From NCBI GenBank assembly GCA_000092065.1, contig CP000581.1: DNA of 64,000 nucleotides; one strand, written 5' to 3'. Positions 27,299-36,017 of this stretch are shown here, piece after piece. The notes under the pieces were generated by a model. It ran no database searches. It was not told the DNA's origin and worked only from the letters and a program-made list of their open reading frames with translations. The stretch is from Ostreococcus lucimarinus (lineage: Eukaryota). Each line of letters begins with the position of its first letter. Position 1 is the first letter of the stretch. Both the position numbers and the translations under genes were made by a program.

Positions 27299-28273
27299 TT
27301 GGCGACGCGATCGAGCGAACGACGCGCGATGGCGACGCGAGTGCGCGCGAGCGACGCGGGAACGGCGCGCGCGATGCGGGTGAACGCTTGGAGATCGCGC
27401 GGACGCGGCGGTGGGGGGGTCGGGACGACGCGAGGAGGCGCGAGAAGGGCGAGGGGAGGGACGGCGGCGCGCGCGGCGGCGACGAGGTTGGAGGTTTCGA
27501 GCGCGGGGGCGATTTTAGTGCCGCATCCGGATAAGGCGGATAAGGGCGGCGAAGACGCGTGCTTCGTGTTGAAGCAAAGCGGTGCGTTCGGGGTGTTCGA
27601 CGGCGTCGGAGGATGGGCGGAGGAGGGGGTGGATCCGGCGGAGTATAGCGAAAAGTTTGCCGAGAAATCCGCGCAGAGCGTGTTGGCGGGACAACGCGAC
27701 CCGGTCGCGGTGATGAGGGACGCGCACGAGGCGACGCAGGTGATCGGTTCGTGCACGGCGTGCATCGCGGTGTTGAAAAATGGAAACGTGCTGGATATCG
27801 CGAACTTGGGCGACGCCGGGGCGTTGGTTTCGCGCGACGGCGGCGTGGTGTTTCACACAAAGTCGCAACAGCACGAGTTCAACTTGCCGTATCAGCTCGG
27901 CTGGACGAAGGTGTATCCCGAAGGCGATCGCCCGGACGCGGCGGATCGCGTCGAGGTAGAGATGAAACCGGGCGATGCCGTCGTTTTGGGGTCGGATGGT
28001 TTATGGGACAACGTGCCGTACGCTGAAGTCGCGGCGCTGTGCGCCGAGCACCAAGGCGACGCCGAAGAGTGCGCCGAGGCCATCGCGACGCTCGCGTTCG
28101 GTTACTCTTGTGATCCCGAGTACGACTCGCCTTTCACGCAAGAAGCGCGAAAAGCGGCGGAGGGGAGACCGGAATGGGCCGATAGAAGAAACTTGATTGG
28201 TGGGAAGATGGACGACATCGCCGTCGTGTGCATGTTCGTAGAAGCTTCGCGAGGTTTGAGCGGTGGGACTTAG
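27299..28273 (+). CDS. PP2C-family protein phosphatase (PTC7 / SpoIIE-like PPM)
   Basis: EDACFVLKQSGAFGVFDGVGGW (PPM motif DGxGG), ...LGSDGLWDNV and a C-terminal MDDIAVVCMFV (metal-binding Asp). N-terminal 75 aa are Arg/Gly-rich and look like a targeting sequence. Confidence 0.75.
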   Translation: MATRSSERRAMATRVRASDAGTARAMRVNAWRSRGRGGGGVGTTRGGARRARGGTAARAAATRLEVSSAGAILVPHPDKADKGGEDACFVLKQSGAFGVFDGVGGWAEEGVDPAEYSEKFAEKSAQSVLAGQRDPVAVMRDAHEATQVIGSCTACIAVLKNGNVLDIANLGDAGALVSRDGGVVFHTKSQQHEFNLPYQLGWTKVYPEGDRPDAADRVEVEMKPGDAVVLGSDGLWDNVPYAEVAALCAEHQGDAEECAEAIATLAFGYSCDPEYDSPFTQEARKAAEGRPEWADRRNLIGGKMDDIAVVCMFVEASRGLSGGT

Positions 28274-28349
28274 AGGCATTTTTAAAACTTCAAATCGCGA
28301 CATAGACTACAATCATCTGCTAAACTAACGTCGCCTCAACGACGTCGCT

Positions 28350-29432
28350 TCACGCAAGCTCGTCGTCGAGACCGCGCACGAGGAGCATGAACCACAGAGC
28401 GCTCGTGAAACTCTTCTCTTTAATCGTCATCGTCAACGCGCCGGCGAGGACGGTTTTCACGAGCTGCGCGTCGAGACCTTTGTACATACCACTCACGCCT
28501 TCTTCTCTGTGCACTCGCTTGAGCGTGCCTAATAGCGAACGTCTATCTTCCTCGCGCGTTCCCGCCTTTTGCAAAACCTTGGCGCGCACGAGAGGGTACG
28601 TCAGCATCGTCGCCGTCGCCTTGGACGCGGCGCCGAGGACAAAGGCGTCAAACATCGACAACTCCACGACGGGCTTTAAGATCCCACGCCGCTGCGCGCG
28701 AGCGTTGTGCACGATCATCAACTTTTGACGAAGTTGCTCGAAGACGGTGTATTGAATCGCGGGATTGATCGTCAGCGCGAGTGAAGCGCCGAGACCGCTA
28801 TACAATCCGCCGCGCGCGTCGGCGGCGCCTCGTCCGCCTCGCAACGCTCGTAAAGTGTTTTTGAACCCATCATCGCCCTCGTCGTCATCGAACGCCTTTG
28901 AGCCAGTATCACCGACCGTTTTCTTTCCTTCCAGTTGTTTCCGCGTCGTGTACGTATCTAAAGGCTCCGTGACGAGCACGTTACAGCATCCCGCCGCCGC
29001 CGCCGCCGCGAGCGTCGCCCCCACCCCAATCTTTTTCCCCGTTCGCTCCTCGTACGTCCGCTTCAGCGCGCTGAACGCTAAAAAGTACAAAAAGCTCGAC
29101 GAAAGCGAATGTGCCGACTTCGCCAACGCCCCACCGTACGCCCCCGCCGCGCCTTCCTCGCGAAACACCCGCGCCAACTTTGTCACCCACTGGGGACACC
29201 AAAAACCGTTACCGTCGTCGTCGGCTTCCGAGTTGTTTCCGCGCGCCGCGCTCTCGGCCTGGATCCGCGTCTTCACCGTGTCGATCGGGTATAACGCGAG
29301 CGTGCCGAACAATCCGCCGAGCGCGCCTGCGAACGCGCGCGTCGTCGTCAGTCGCGCGGTTTCGTCGGAAGCGATCGAGCCGTGCGAACGCGTCGAGCCG
29401 TCGAGACGCGCGCGGCGCGACGCGAGACGCAC
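28350..29432 (-). CDS. Mitochondrial carrier family (SLC25) protein
   Basis: Three tandem approximately 100-aa repeats, each with the PxD/ExxK/R-type signature (LYPIDTVKTRIQ, EPLDTYTTRKQ, TYPLVRAKVLQ) and 6 TM helices. Confidence 0.8.
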   Translation of the reverse strand: MRLASRRARLDGSTRSHGSIASDETARLTTTRAFAGALGGLFGTLALYPIDTVKTRIQAESAARGNNSEADDDGNGFWCPQWVTKLARVFREEGAAGAYGGALAKSAHSLSSSFLYFLAFSALKRTYEERTGKKIGVGATLAAAAAAGCCNVLVTEPLDTYTTRKQLEGKKTVGDTGSKAFDDDEGDDGFKNTLRALRGGRGAADARGGLYSGLGASLALTINPAIQYTVFEQLRQKLMIVHNARAQRRGILKPVVELSMFDAFVLGAASKATATMLTYPLVRAKVLQKAGTREEDRRSLLGTLKRVHREEGVSGMYKGLDAQLVKTVLAGALTMTIKEKSFTSALWFMLLVRGLDDELA

Positions 29433-29591
29433 CGGCCAAGGCCTCGACGAGGATCTTATCGTTCGACGTGAGCTTGCTCGACGCCTTGATGACGGACGTC
29501 GTCGGCGTCGGCGTCGACATCGCGAGAAGAGCGTGGAGAAGTGCGGCGCGGCGCGACGCGACGGGCGACGCGGAGGAAGTCGACTCGTGGA

Positions 29592-29766
29592 ATATTATAT
29601 TGAAAAGCTTACTTGAGGAGGAGTTCGGCGCATTGCACGGCGTTTAAGGCGGCGCCCTTCTTGATTTGGTCACCACACACGAACAAATCCAAGCCCTTGT
29701 TGTTGGGCTGGGAGATGTCTTGACGGATGCGACCGACGTAGACGTCGTCGTTATCCGTGGCGTCGA
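29592..29766. repeat. Repeat A: a 175-bp, 100% identical duplicate of the ASADH 3' coding end plus its downstream 32 bp (original at 36001..36175)
   Basis: Compared base by base: atattatattgaaaagcttacttgaggaggagttcggcgcattgcacggcgtttaaggcggcgcccttcttgatttggtcacc...ccgtggcgtcgag is identical at both places. The minus-strand ORF 29609..29839 ends with the same 47 aa as ASADH ([51 protein letters not shown]). Confidence 0.9.
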
Positions 29767-29791
29767 GACACGCCGTAACGCGTCTGCGCGC

Positions 29792-30027
29792 GATCGTCTC
29801 TCTCGTCAGTCTCCCGCGTCGCGTCGTCCTCGCGCGCACGCACCGGCACCTCGCGACGACTCTCGCGTCGGTCGTCGACCGTCAACGCGCCGAGACGCGC
29901 GCGCGCGCCCACCGTCTCGCGCGAGGACGACGACGGTGAAGACGACGCATCGTCTCGCGACGCGTCGGCTCGCGACGCGTCGGCTCGCGACGAGCGCGCC
30001 TCCACGCGCGCGCGAGGGCGCGCGTCC
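29792..30027. repeat. Repeat B copy 1 (about 235 bp; second copy at 34715..34949, about 95% identity, same orientation)
   Basis: atcgtctctctcgtcagtctcccgcgtcgcgtcgtc...gaggacgacgacggtgaagacgacgcatcgtctcgcgacgc...gagggcgcgcgtcc is present on both flanks of the peroxidase-PAN gene, with a few substitutions and one 15-nt unit variation. Confidence 0.85.
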
Positions 30028-30271
30028 ACGAGCTTGTCGCGCCGGGACGCCCGGCGCGCATGCCCCCAGCGCTTGTGCGTGAGACGCCCGCGCGCGTCAT
30101 CAATCAGTTCGCAGCATGGGGAATCCCCATGCCCGAAGAGCGACGCGACGCGGGCGACGAACACTGACGCGCGCGACCAAGACTCGTGCCCGGGTGGGCA
30201 CCTGCCGTTTTTTGTTTTTTTGTTTTTTGTCTATCTACTGTAAAGAGAATGTTAAATATGTAACATCGTGT

Positions 30272-30390
30272 GGGTCCGCTTTAAGTAGTTTAGGTCCGCT
30301 TTAGTACCTAGTAGTGTTTGGATCCGTTATAGTGCTATCTTGGGTCCGCCCTCAGTGGTCGTCCCGACCGACCGACCGACCGACCGATCG
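30272..30390. promoter_or_regulatory. Promoter-proximal degenerate approximately 20-bp tandem repeats (GGTCCGCTTTAGTA-like, 4 copies) followed by a (GACC)6 microsatellite, preceded by a T-rich tract (30206..30232)
   Basis: gggtccgctttaagtag / ttaggtccgctttagtac / ttggatccgttatagtg / ttgggtccgccctcagtgg, then cccgaccgaccgaccgaccgaccgatcgac. They end about 30 bp before the ATG at 30420. This is the only AT-rich upstream stretch in the window. Confidence 0.5.
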
Positions 30391-30419
30391 ACATTCTGGC
30401 GCGCGCGCGTCGCCCCGCG

Positions 30420-33400
30420 ATGGACGAATCGACGCCGTTGATCGGGCGGCGACGGGAAGGGAGACGCGGCGCGCGCGGCGCGCTCGTCGTCGGCGCGCTC
30501 GCGTGCGCGTGCGGAACGCTCGTGGCGTTGGCGAATTGCCCGCACCTGGTGTCGACACTCTCACGGGCGATTGGTGTTGGAGACGCGGACGGCGCGGGTG
30601 CGCGCGGGGTGAACGCGGTCTTCGCGCGCCTCGGTGCGGTGTGGGGACGCGATGATTCTGATTACGTGTACACGTCGCTCGAACGTGATTTACTGCGCCC
30701 TCACGAAGACGACGATGAAATCGAAGACGAAATCGACGAAATTGACGCCGACGCGAAGGACGGAAAGGTTGCCGAACACACTTCGACAGACCAACTGCAC
30801 GGTCGAGGAAACGAAGGCTTGGCAAAGGTCGCAACTCTGGGCGAGCCCGCACTTCCGACCGATTTGCCGCCGTCACGCGCGTTGGCGACGCTCGACGAGA
30901 TTGAAGCTGTTTTACTGGGCAACTGGCGAAAGTGGACGCGCTTGGACGTCGTGCGCGGACGCGCTGAACTGGAAACCGTGCGAGATAAACTCGCTGCTCT
31001 CGTTGGTGATGACGTGAATGAAACAACTGTCGCCAACTCTGCCGCAGAGGTGACAAACGAGACGTCGTTTATTTCTTGCAAGGCTGAACAACTCGTACGT
31101 GAAATCCTGAGTGAGTACGGCGGCGCACCCAAACTTCTACTCCCAAAATTGTTGCGCTTCATTTTCCACGACGCGGTTGACGAGAACAACTTATTAATCC
31201 AAAAGGATGGAGGCTATGTACCGTTTAGGGCACCAACTGGCTCGATATACGGCGGTTTGGACCTTTGCCTTTACTCTCCCCTGACGCATGGAACGTCTGG
31301 GAAACCAGACCCTGGGCATAACAGAAATGTTCGAATGAACCGCGAGGTTATCAAATTGTGTGACGCTGTCTGTAAAGATTTGAATACTGGTTTATGTGAA
31401 CTGCAGAATGATAAACCTAAACGGTGCTATACGGACATGTTAGCGTTTAGTTCCATAATCGTTCTGGAGAAGCACTCAAAGCTTAGTGCCCCATCTTCAA
31501 TGGTTTGGGGAAGGCGAGGCGGTGAGTGTGGCAACAGCATCGTTACACCATTTACCAAAAGCAGGGAGAAGCTTGAATCCTACGTTGGAAAACCTGCGCT
31601 GAACTTTGCGCCGGCGCTTCATGCCATGGACGATCCCGGCACCTTCTCGAGAGTCTTTGCAAAACTTGGATTTACGCCTTCAGAGCACGTCGCGTTGATG
31701 GGAGCTCACAGTGTGGGTAAAATTTCACCATGCGCGAGTGGACTCAACGGTATCGAAAAAGGTAACTTTTGCCCGATGAAGAAGCGATATGATCCACCCA
31801 TCGAGATAGGGAATGAATCCCCACAGTGCCAGCCACAAAAACACGTTCAGGGCAACTGTTGGAAACCCTCTGGACCGAAGTCTTATGCCACTCCGTATTA
31901 CTACTTCTTTCGTGGTGGGAGAACAGGGTACAAGACCGGCTTCGCCGACGGTGGGGTTTGGGATCACACGCCTGATTCGCTTGACAATCAGTATTACAAG
32001 TTGATGTACGACGAAGACTATGGGGGACGCACTAAGTGTTGCGGGAAAAAGAAGAATGGCGGTTGCCATCGGGGTGGGCAACCAGTCGACAGGGAAACTG
32101 GGAGAAAACTCCCTTTTTCCTCATTATGCAACATAAATTGGTGCCGCTCAGACCGCAAAGGTAGGACACACATGAAGTCTACAAAAGCTTGGGTCGAACC
32201 CAGACATTCGCTCTTAAAATTGCCCTACTTTCGCGGAACCATCGTGAAAATGATAAGACTTGCCGGTGATTGGGCTCTTCTCGGGAACAATGAAACACAA
32301 TCGATTCTGAAGCGTTATGCAGAAGATGAAAACGAATTCCATTCCAATTTTGCGGTGGCCTGGGATAAGGTGTTACGGAAGGGGTACTTCCTTGACGAGC
32401 TGAAAACGTGTTCGAACGTGTCAGGACCGAAAGATGCGCAACTTCTTACTCGCCTAAGGGAGTACCAAGCTGCACTGTCGGCCAAACGCGCCAAACGCGT
32501 GGCCAAAAATGCACGACGCGCCGGGGTCGAAGCCGAAAGTTCTGACCAAACATCGAATCTTGGAGATCAAAGTTCACACAACAAACTTGGACAACAAAGT
32601 TCAGCACAAGAAGATGCAACCACAGATAAAACACTGCAAGTTGCAACGGCAACCATGGATGATGCGAAGTACGACGACGGGCTTGACACTGCAACGAACG
32701 CATCGGATCTCGAGCAAGTTGTACCAAAGTCAATTTCAACGACCATTCAACATTGTGATAAGTTCAATGTGCTTGGTCTCGTCAAACACATCCGGTCAGA
32801 GATACAGAAGCTCCCTCGAGATACTACACCTCTTGCGATAGGGCAAGAGCTCACTGCGGCGAGAGACGTAGTCATGGGACAAAACGTACAGATGAGCGAG
32901 CCGACGCCTGCGCCTGCGCCCACACCTACGCCGACGCCTGCGCCTGCGCCTGCGCCTGCGCCTGCGCCTGCGCCTGCGCCCACACCCGCACCTTCGCCAG
33001 GAGTGGAGCAAAGCGACGAGTCCAGCAACGAAGATGGAGGTGACGCGAAAATCTACAGCTTGGAGCACGCAGGCGCACGGTGCGTAGGGCTGCCTCGTGC
33101 CAAGCGAGTGAAGCGAACGCGCAGTGTGGAGGAGTGTGCTGAGTTGGTGAAAAAACGTGGGCACCTCCACTTTGCCTTCCTCCGCAACACCGTGTGCTTG
33201 GAGCAGCCAAAACCGTGGAGCAAATGTCGTCGCATTCGCAAGGGCCGATTTGATCTTTACAAGATCAAAGCAGAGCCTGCGCCTCCTGCGCCTCCGCCTG
33301 CGCCTCCTGCGCCTCCTACGCCGTCTACGTGGTCGTCTACGTGGTCGTCTACACCTTCCACTTACAGTTACAGTGCAGCGACATGCAAGCGCGATCGTGG

Positions 33401-34619
33401 CAAGTTCGTTGATGGGAAATGCTGGCATATGGCTACGACTGACACATCTTGTGAAGAGACATGTGCTGACAAAAATCTTCAATATGATGAGGGCACGCAC
33501 CTGGGCTCGCCGAAGAACCCTGAGACCTGGGACAAGTGTGTGGCTGTCGCCCAGATGTTTAAAAAGCAGGCAAGGACGAATGGGCCAGCGATCGGCGGGG
33601 GTGGTGGCTGTGGCTGTTCAGTCTTTAAGATTCCTGTTTACGGTACGAATGATGCAGTTCGCCTGAGTGGCGCCAATACTACGAGCCCCGAGTGTTGGAA
33701 GATGGGCCCAATCCAAGCACGTCTCTGCGCATGCAAACCAGCATCAGCTGTTGGCGCAAGTTGCACCTCTTCCTCAAGCTGCTTGAACGCTTATTGTAAG
33801 TCAGGCGTTTGCACGAGTTTTTTGGCCCAGAACAGTGCATGCACCGAGCACGCTTCGTGCGTGACAGGCTATTGCTCACCAACGGAACGTAAATGCACGA
33901 CGGTGTCATGGAAGTCACAAAAAGGCGCGTATGCCAAAAAGTACTATAACGCTGGTAAAAAGAAATTCAGGGTTATGCCAAAACAGAAGAACGTACCTGA
34001 TTGGGAGGCGATGACGACGTTTCCAAAGGGTTTTTGTATCGGAAATGACAGCGCCGGTTGCTTGATAGCACGCGGTGTCAACCGCCAGAAGACGATTCAA
34101 AAAGCCAAACAGCGTTGTGCGTCGTCTGAGGAATGCGTGGCTGTTTGGTGTTGCGCAACAGGATGTCCAGCCACGACGTGTCATGCAGTCAAGACTAGAA
34201 CTCCAAATTACGCGGCGAACGATTGCCCGCTCTTTCCTGGAAGCTTCCGCGAGACCAAATACCCGGCTACGTTCTATACTAAAGACACGGAGGGCGCTCA
34301 AGTACACGAGTCACCGCGAAACATCGTGACGGAAGTGGACATTGCTGCGAGTGCCGATGAAGGGGAAAACATGTACAGTCGGATAAAAGGAGGGAAAAGA
34401 AGGAAGGTAGACGCAAAGCAATGCCCCTTACAAAAATTGAAAGCGCACACCTTGGACGAGTGCGCTGAGATGGTGAGGGAACACGGAAGCCTTCACTTTG
34501 CCTTCGGACATAAAAGGTGCTTTTTGGCCAAACAACCGTGGAGCGAATGCGAGACGAGCCATGGCAAGTATGATCTTTTTCAAATCGACGAACACGCACG
34601 CGACGACGATGAAGATTGA
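30420..34619 (+). CDS. Giant secreted/membrane-anchored plant-type (class II/III-like) heme peroxidase fused to Pro-Ala/Pro-Thr mucin-like linkers, Cys-rich modules and two PAN/Apple-like domains (1399 aa)
   Basis: N-terminal hydrophobic anchor (ALVVGALACACGTLVALANC). Peroxidase motifs: LLRFIFHDAV (distal His, R..FHD), ALMGAHSVG (proximal His), DSLDNQYYKLM (FDNxYY). (PA)n and PxxP linkers are encoded by (CCTGCG)n at 32904..32990 and again at 33275..33350. Two approximately 60-aa repeats, ...SVEECAELVKKRGHLHFAFLRNTVCLEQ... and ...TLDECAEMVREHGSLHFAFGHKRCFLAKQ..., have PAN-like Cys spacing. Additional Cys-rich (EGF/GCC-like) segments are present. Confidence 0.7.
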   Translation: MDESTPLIGRRREGRRGARGALVVGALACACGTLVALANCPHLVSTLSRAIGVGDADGAGARGVNAVFARLGAVWGRDDSDYVYTSLERDLLRPHEDDDEIEDEIDEIDADAKDGKVAEHTSTDQLHGRGNEGLAKVATLGEPALPTDLPPSRALATLDEIEAVLLGNWRKWTRLDVVRGRAELETVRDKLAALVGDDVNETTVANSAAEVTNETSFISCKAEQLVREILSEYGGAPKLLLPKLLRFIFHDAVDENNLLIQKDGGYVPFRAPTGSIYGGLDLCLYSPLTHGTSGKPDPGHNRNVRMNREVIKLCDAVCKDLNTGLCELQNDKPKRCYTDMLAFSSIIVLEKHSKLSAPSSMVWGRRGGECGNSIVTPFTKSREKLESYVGKPALNFAPALHAMDDPGTFSRVFAKLGFTPSEHVALMGAHSVGKISPCASGLNGIEKGNFCPMKKRYDPPIEIGNESPQCQPQKHVQGNCWKPSGPKSYATPYYYFFRGGRTGYKTGFADGGVWDHTPDSLDNQYYKLMYDEDYGGRTKCCGKKKNGGCHRGGQPVDRETGRKLPFSSLCNINWCRSDRKGRTHMKSTKAWVEPRHSLLKLPYFRGTIVKMIRLAGDWALLGNNETQSILKRYAEDENEFHSNFAVAWDKVLRKGYFLDELKTCSNVSGPKDAQLLTRLREYQAALSAKRAKRVAKNARRAGVEAESSDQTSNLGDQSSHNKLGQQSSAQEDATTDKTLQVATATMDDAKYDDGLDTATNASDLEQVVPKSISTTIQHCDKFNVLGLVKHIRSEIQKLPRDTTPLAIGQELTAARDVVMGQNVQMSEPTPAPAPTPTPTPAPAPAPAPAPAPAPTPAPSPGVEQSDESSNEDGGDAKIYSLEHAGARCVGLPRAKRVKRTRSVEECAELVKKRGHLHFAFLRNTVCLEQPKPWSKCRRIRKGRFDLYKIKAEPAPPAPPPAPPAPPTPSTWSSTWSSTPSTYSYSAATCKRDRGKFVDGKCWHMATTDTSCEETCADKNLQYDEGTHLGSPKNPETWDKCVAVAQMFKKQARTNGPAIGGGGGCGCSVFKIPVYGTNDAVRLSGANTTSPECWKMGPIQARLCACKPASAVGASCTSSSSCLNAYCKSGVCTSFLAQNSACTEHASCVTGYCSPTERKCTTVSWKSQKGAYAKKYYNAGKKKFRVMPKQKNVPDWEAMTTFPKGFCIGNDSAGCLIARGVNRQKTIQKAKQRCASSEECVAVWCCATGCPATTCHAVKTRTPNYAANDCPLFPGSFRETKYPATFYTKDTEGAQVHESPRNIVTEVDIAASADEGENMYSRIKGGKRRKVDAKQCPLQKLKAHTLDECAEMVREHGSLHFAFGHKRCFLAKQPWSECETSHGKYDLFQIDEHARDDDED

Positions 34620-34621
34620 GT

Positions 34622-34714
34622 CCCAAGAAATGAAATCCTTTACAAGTTTACAAGAAATGAAATCCTTTTACAACAATTTTTGATCACCATCCTTTTTAAA
34701 CAATTTTGATCACC
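34622..34714. repeat. AT-rich 3' UTR direct repeats (caagaaatgaaatcc x2; ttttgatcaccatc x2)
   Basis: Seen directly, immediately after the peroxidase-PAN stop codon. Confidence 0.6.
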
Positions 34715-34949
34715 ATCGTCTCTCTCGTCAGTCTCCCGCGTCGCGTCGTCATCGCGCGCACGCACCGGCACCTCGCGACGACTCTCGCGTCGGTCGTCGA
34801 ACGTCAACACGCCGAGACACGTGCGCGCGCCCACCGTCTCGCGCGAGGACGACGACGGTGAAGACGACGCATCGTCTCGCGACGCATCGTCTCGCGACGC
34901 GTCGGCTCGCGACGAGCGCTCCTCCACGCGCGCGCGAGGGCGCGCGTCC
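34715..34949. repeat. Repeat B copy 2
   Basis: See 29792..30027. Confidence 0.85.
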
Positions 34950-35254
34950 GCGCGTGGCGCGACCGGCGCGCGGGCGCGACCGACGGCGCGAGGCGCTGGC
35001 TATGTGTACGCACTCATAGTAGTGGTCACGATGACGTATCGTGCGCGTTCTTCACCCATCTATTTGCATTCCTCGACATCGCACTCGTAGTAGTGGTCAC
35101 GACGGCGGGAAAACCACCGTTCCTCCGCGGCTCACTGTTTGCGCATAGAGAAAAATTCCGGCGTGGTCGCCCGCGTCAGGAGGGACTCTTGGAGGTGTGT
35201 GACTCGTCGCTACATCTTAAACCTCGTGCGGAGATAGATCCCTTGCGGAGACGA

Positions 35255-35294
35255 TTACGCCGACGAGGGGAGACGATCGACGCGCGCGCGCGCG
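35255..35294. repeat. Repeat C (40 bp, ttacgccgacgaggggagacgatcgacgcgcgcgcgcgcg). Second copy at 35959..35998, directly abutting repeat A / the ASADH 3' end.
   Basis: Seen directly. The two copies flank the PLAC8 gene as direct repeats. Confidence 0.8.
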
Positions 35295-35452
35295 CGGGAC
35301 GCGGCATACATCGACGCACCGCGCGCCAAAACTCTCAAAGTATCGTCACCGAGCGCACACGCTCGATTTTGACGCATCTCGACGCACGTTTGTAACGCGC
35401 GCGACACCTGTTCAATCCTCAATCGGATCACTCAATTAACTTTTAAAACACC

Positions 35453-35836
35453 ATGCCGGAACGTAACCCTGGTTTGGCTTACATGATGCACGTCCCCGGT
35501 GGCTGCATGGAGGACACCGGCGATTGCTGCTACGCGTCCTGCTGCCCGGCTTGCCACATGGGTTCGATCGCGGACAGAACGAACACGGGCAGCTTCTGCA
35601 TGACGGCCGCTATCGCGAGTTGTCTCGGCCCATTCTCGCCCCTCTACTTGAAGTGCGTCGCGAGCAAGGCTCTCGAATCCGTCGGCGTCAAACCGGTCGG
35701 ATACGTGGAATCCTGCTCCATGCCGAGTTGCGTGGCGTGCCAAGTCAGCCGCGAGATCAACGAGAGAAAGCAAATGGGCGGCAAGACCGGCGGCGCGCCC
35801 ACCGCCGCTCCGACGGCGCAAACCGTCGCGCGATGA
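35453..35836 (+). CDS. PLAC8-family (FW2.2/CNR/PCR-like) small Cys-rich membrane protein
   Basis: GDCCYASCCPACHMG...FCMTAAIASCLGPFSPLYLKC...SCSMPSCVACQVSREINERK matches the PLAC8 signature: a CCxxxCCPxC start and a C-terminal CxxCA(L/C)xQxxRE. 127 aa. Confidence 0.75.
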   Translation: MPERNPGLAYMMHVPGGCMEDTGDCCYASCCPACHMGSIADRTNTGSFCMTAAIASCLGPFSPLYLKCVASKALESVGVKPVGYVESCSMPSCVACQVSREINERKQMGGKTGGAPTAAPTAQTVAR

Positions 35837-36017
35837 TTCCAATCATCATCCACTCGCGCCTCGGCCGACGCCATCGGCCGCGCGACGCCTCTGCGTTCGT
35901 CAACGACGACACAGCACGCACGACAATTACAATAAGTTTAATATGAATGACACGCACTTACGCCGACGAGGGGAGACGATCGACGCGCGCGCGCGCGCGA
36001 ATATTATATTGAAAAGC

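Noticed and set aside
29751-30164. ORFs of 137 and 95 aa on the minus strand inside repeats B and B' (also 34640..34927)
   Set aside because: They are Ser/Asp/Arg low-complexity translations of a repeated element. Conservation between copies is explained by the nucleotide repeat. No domain is present.
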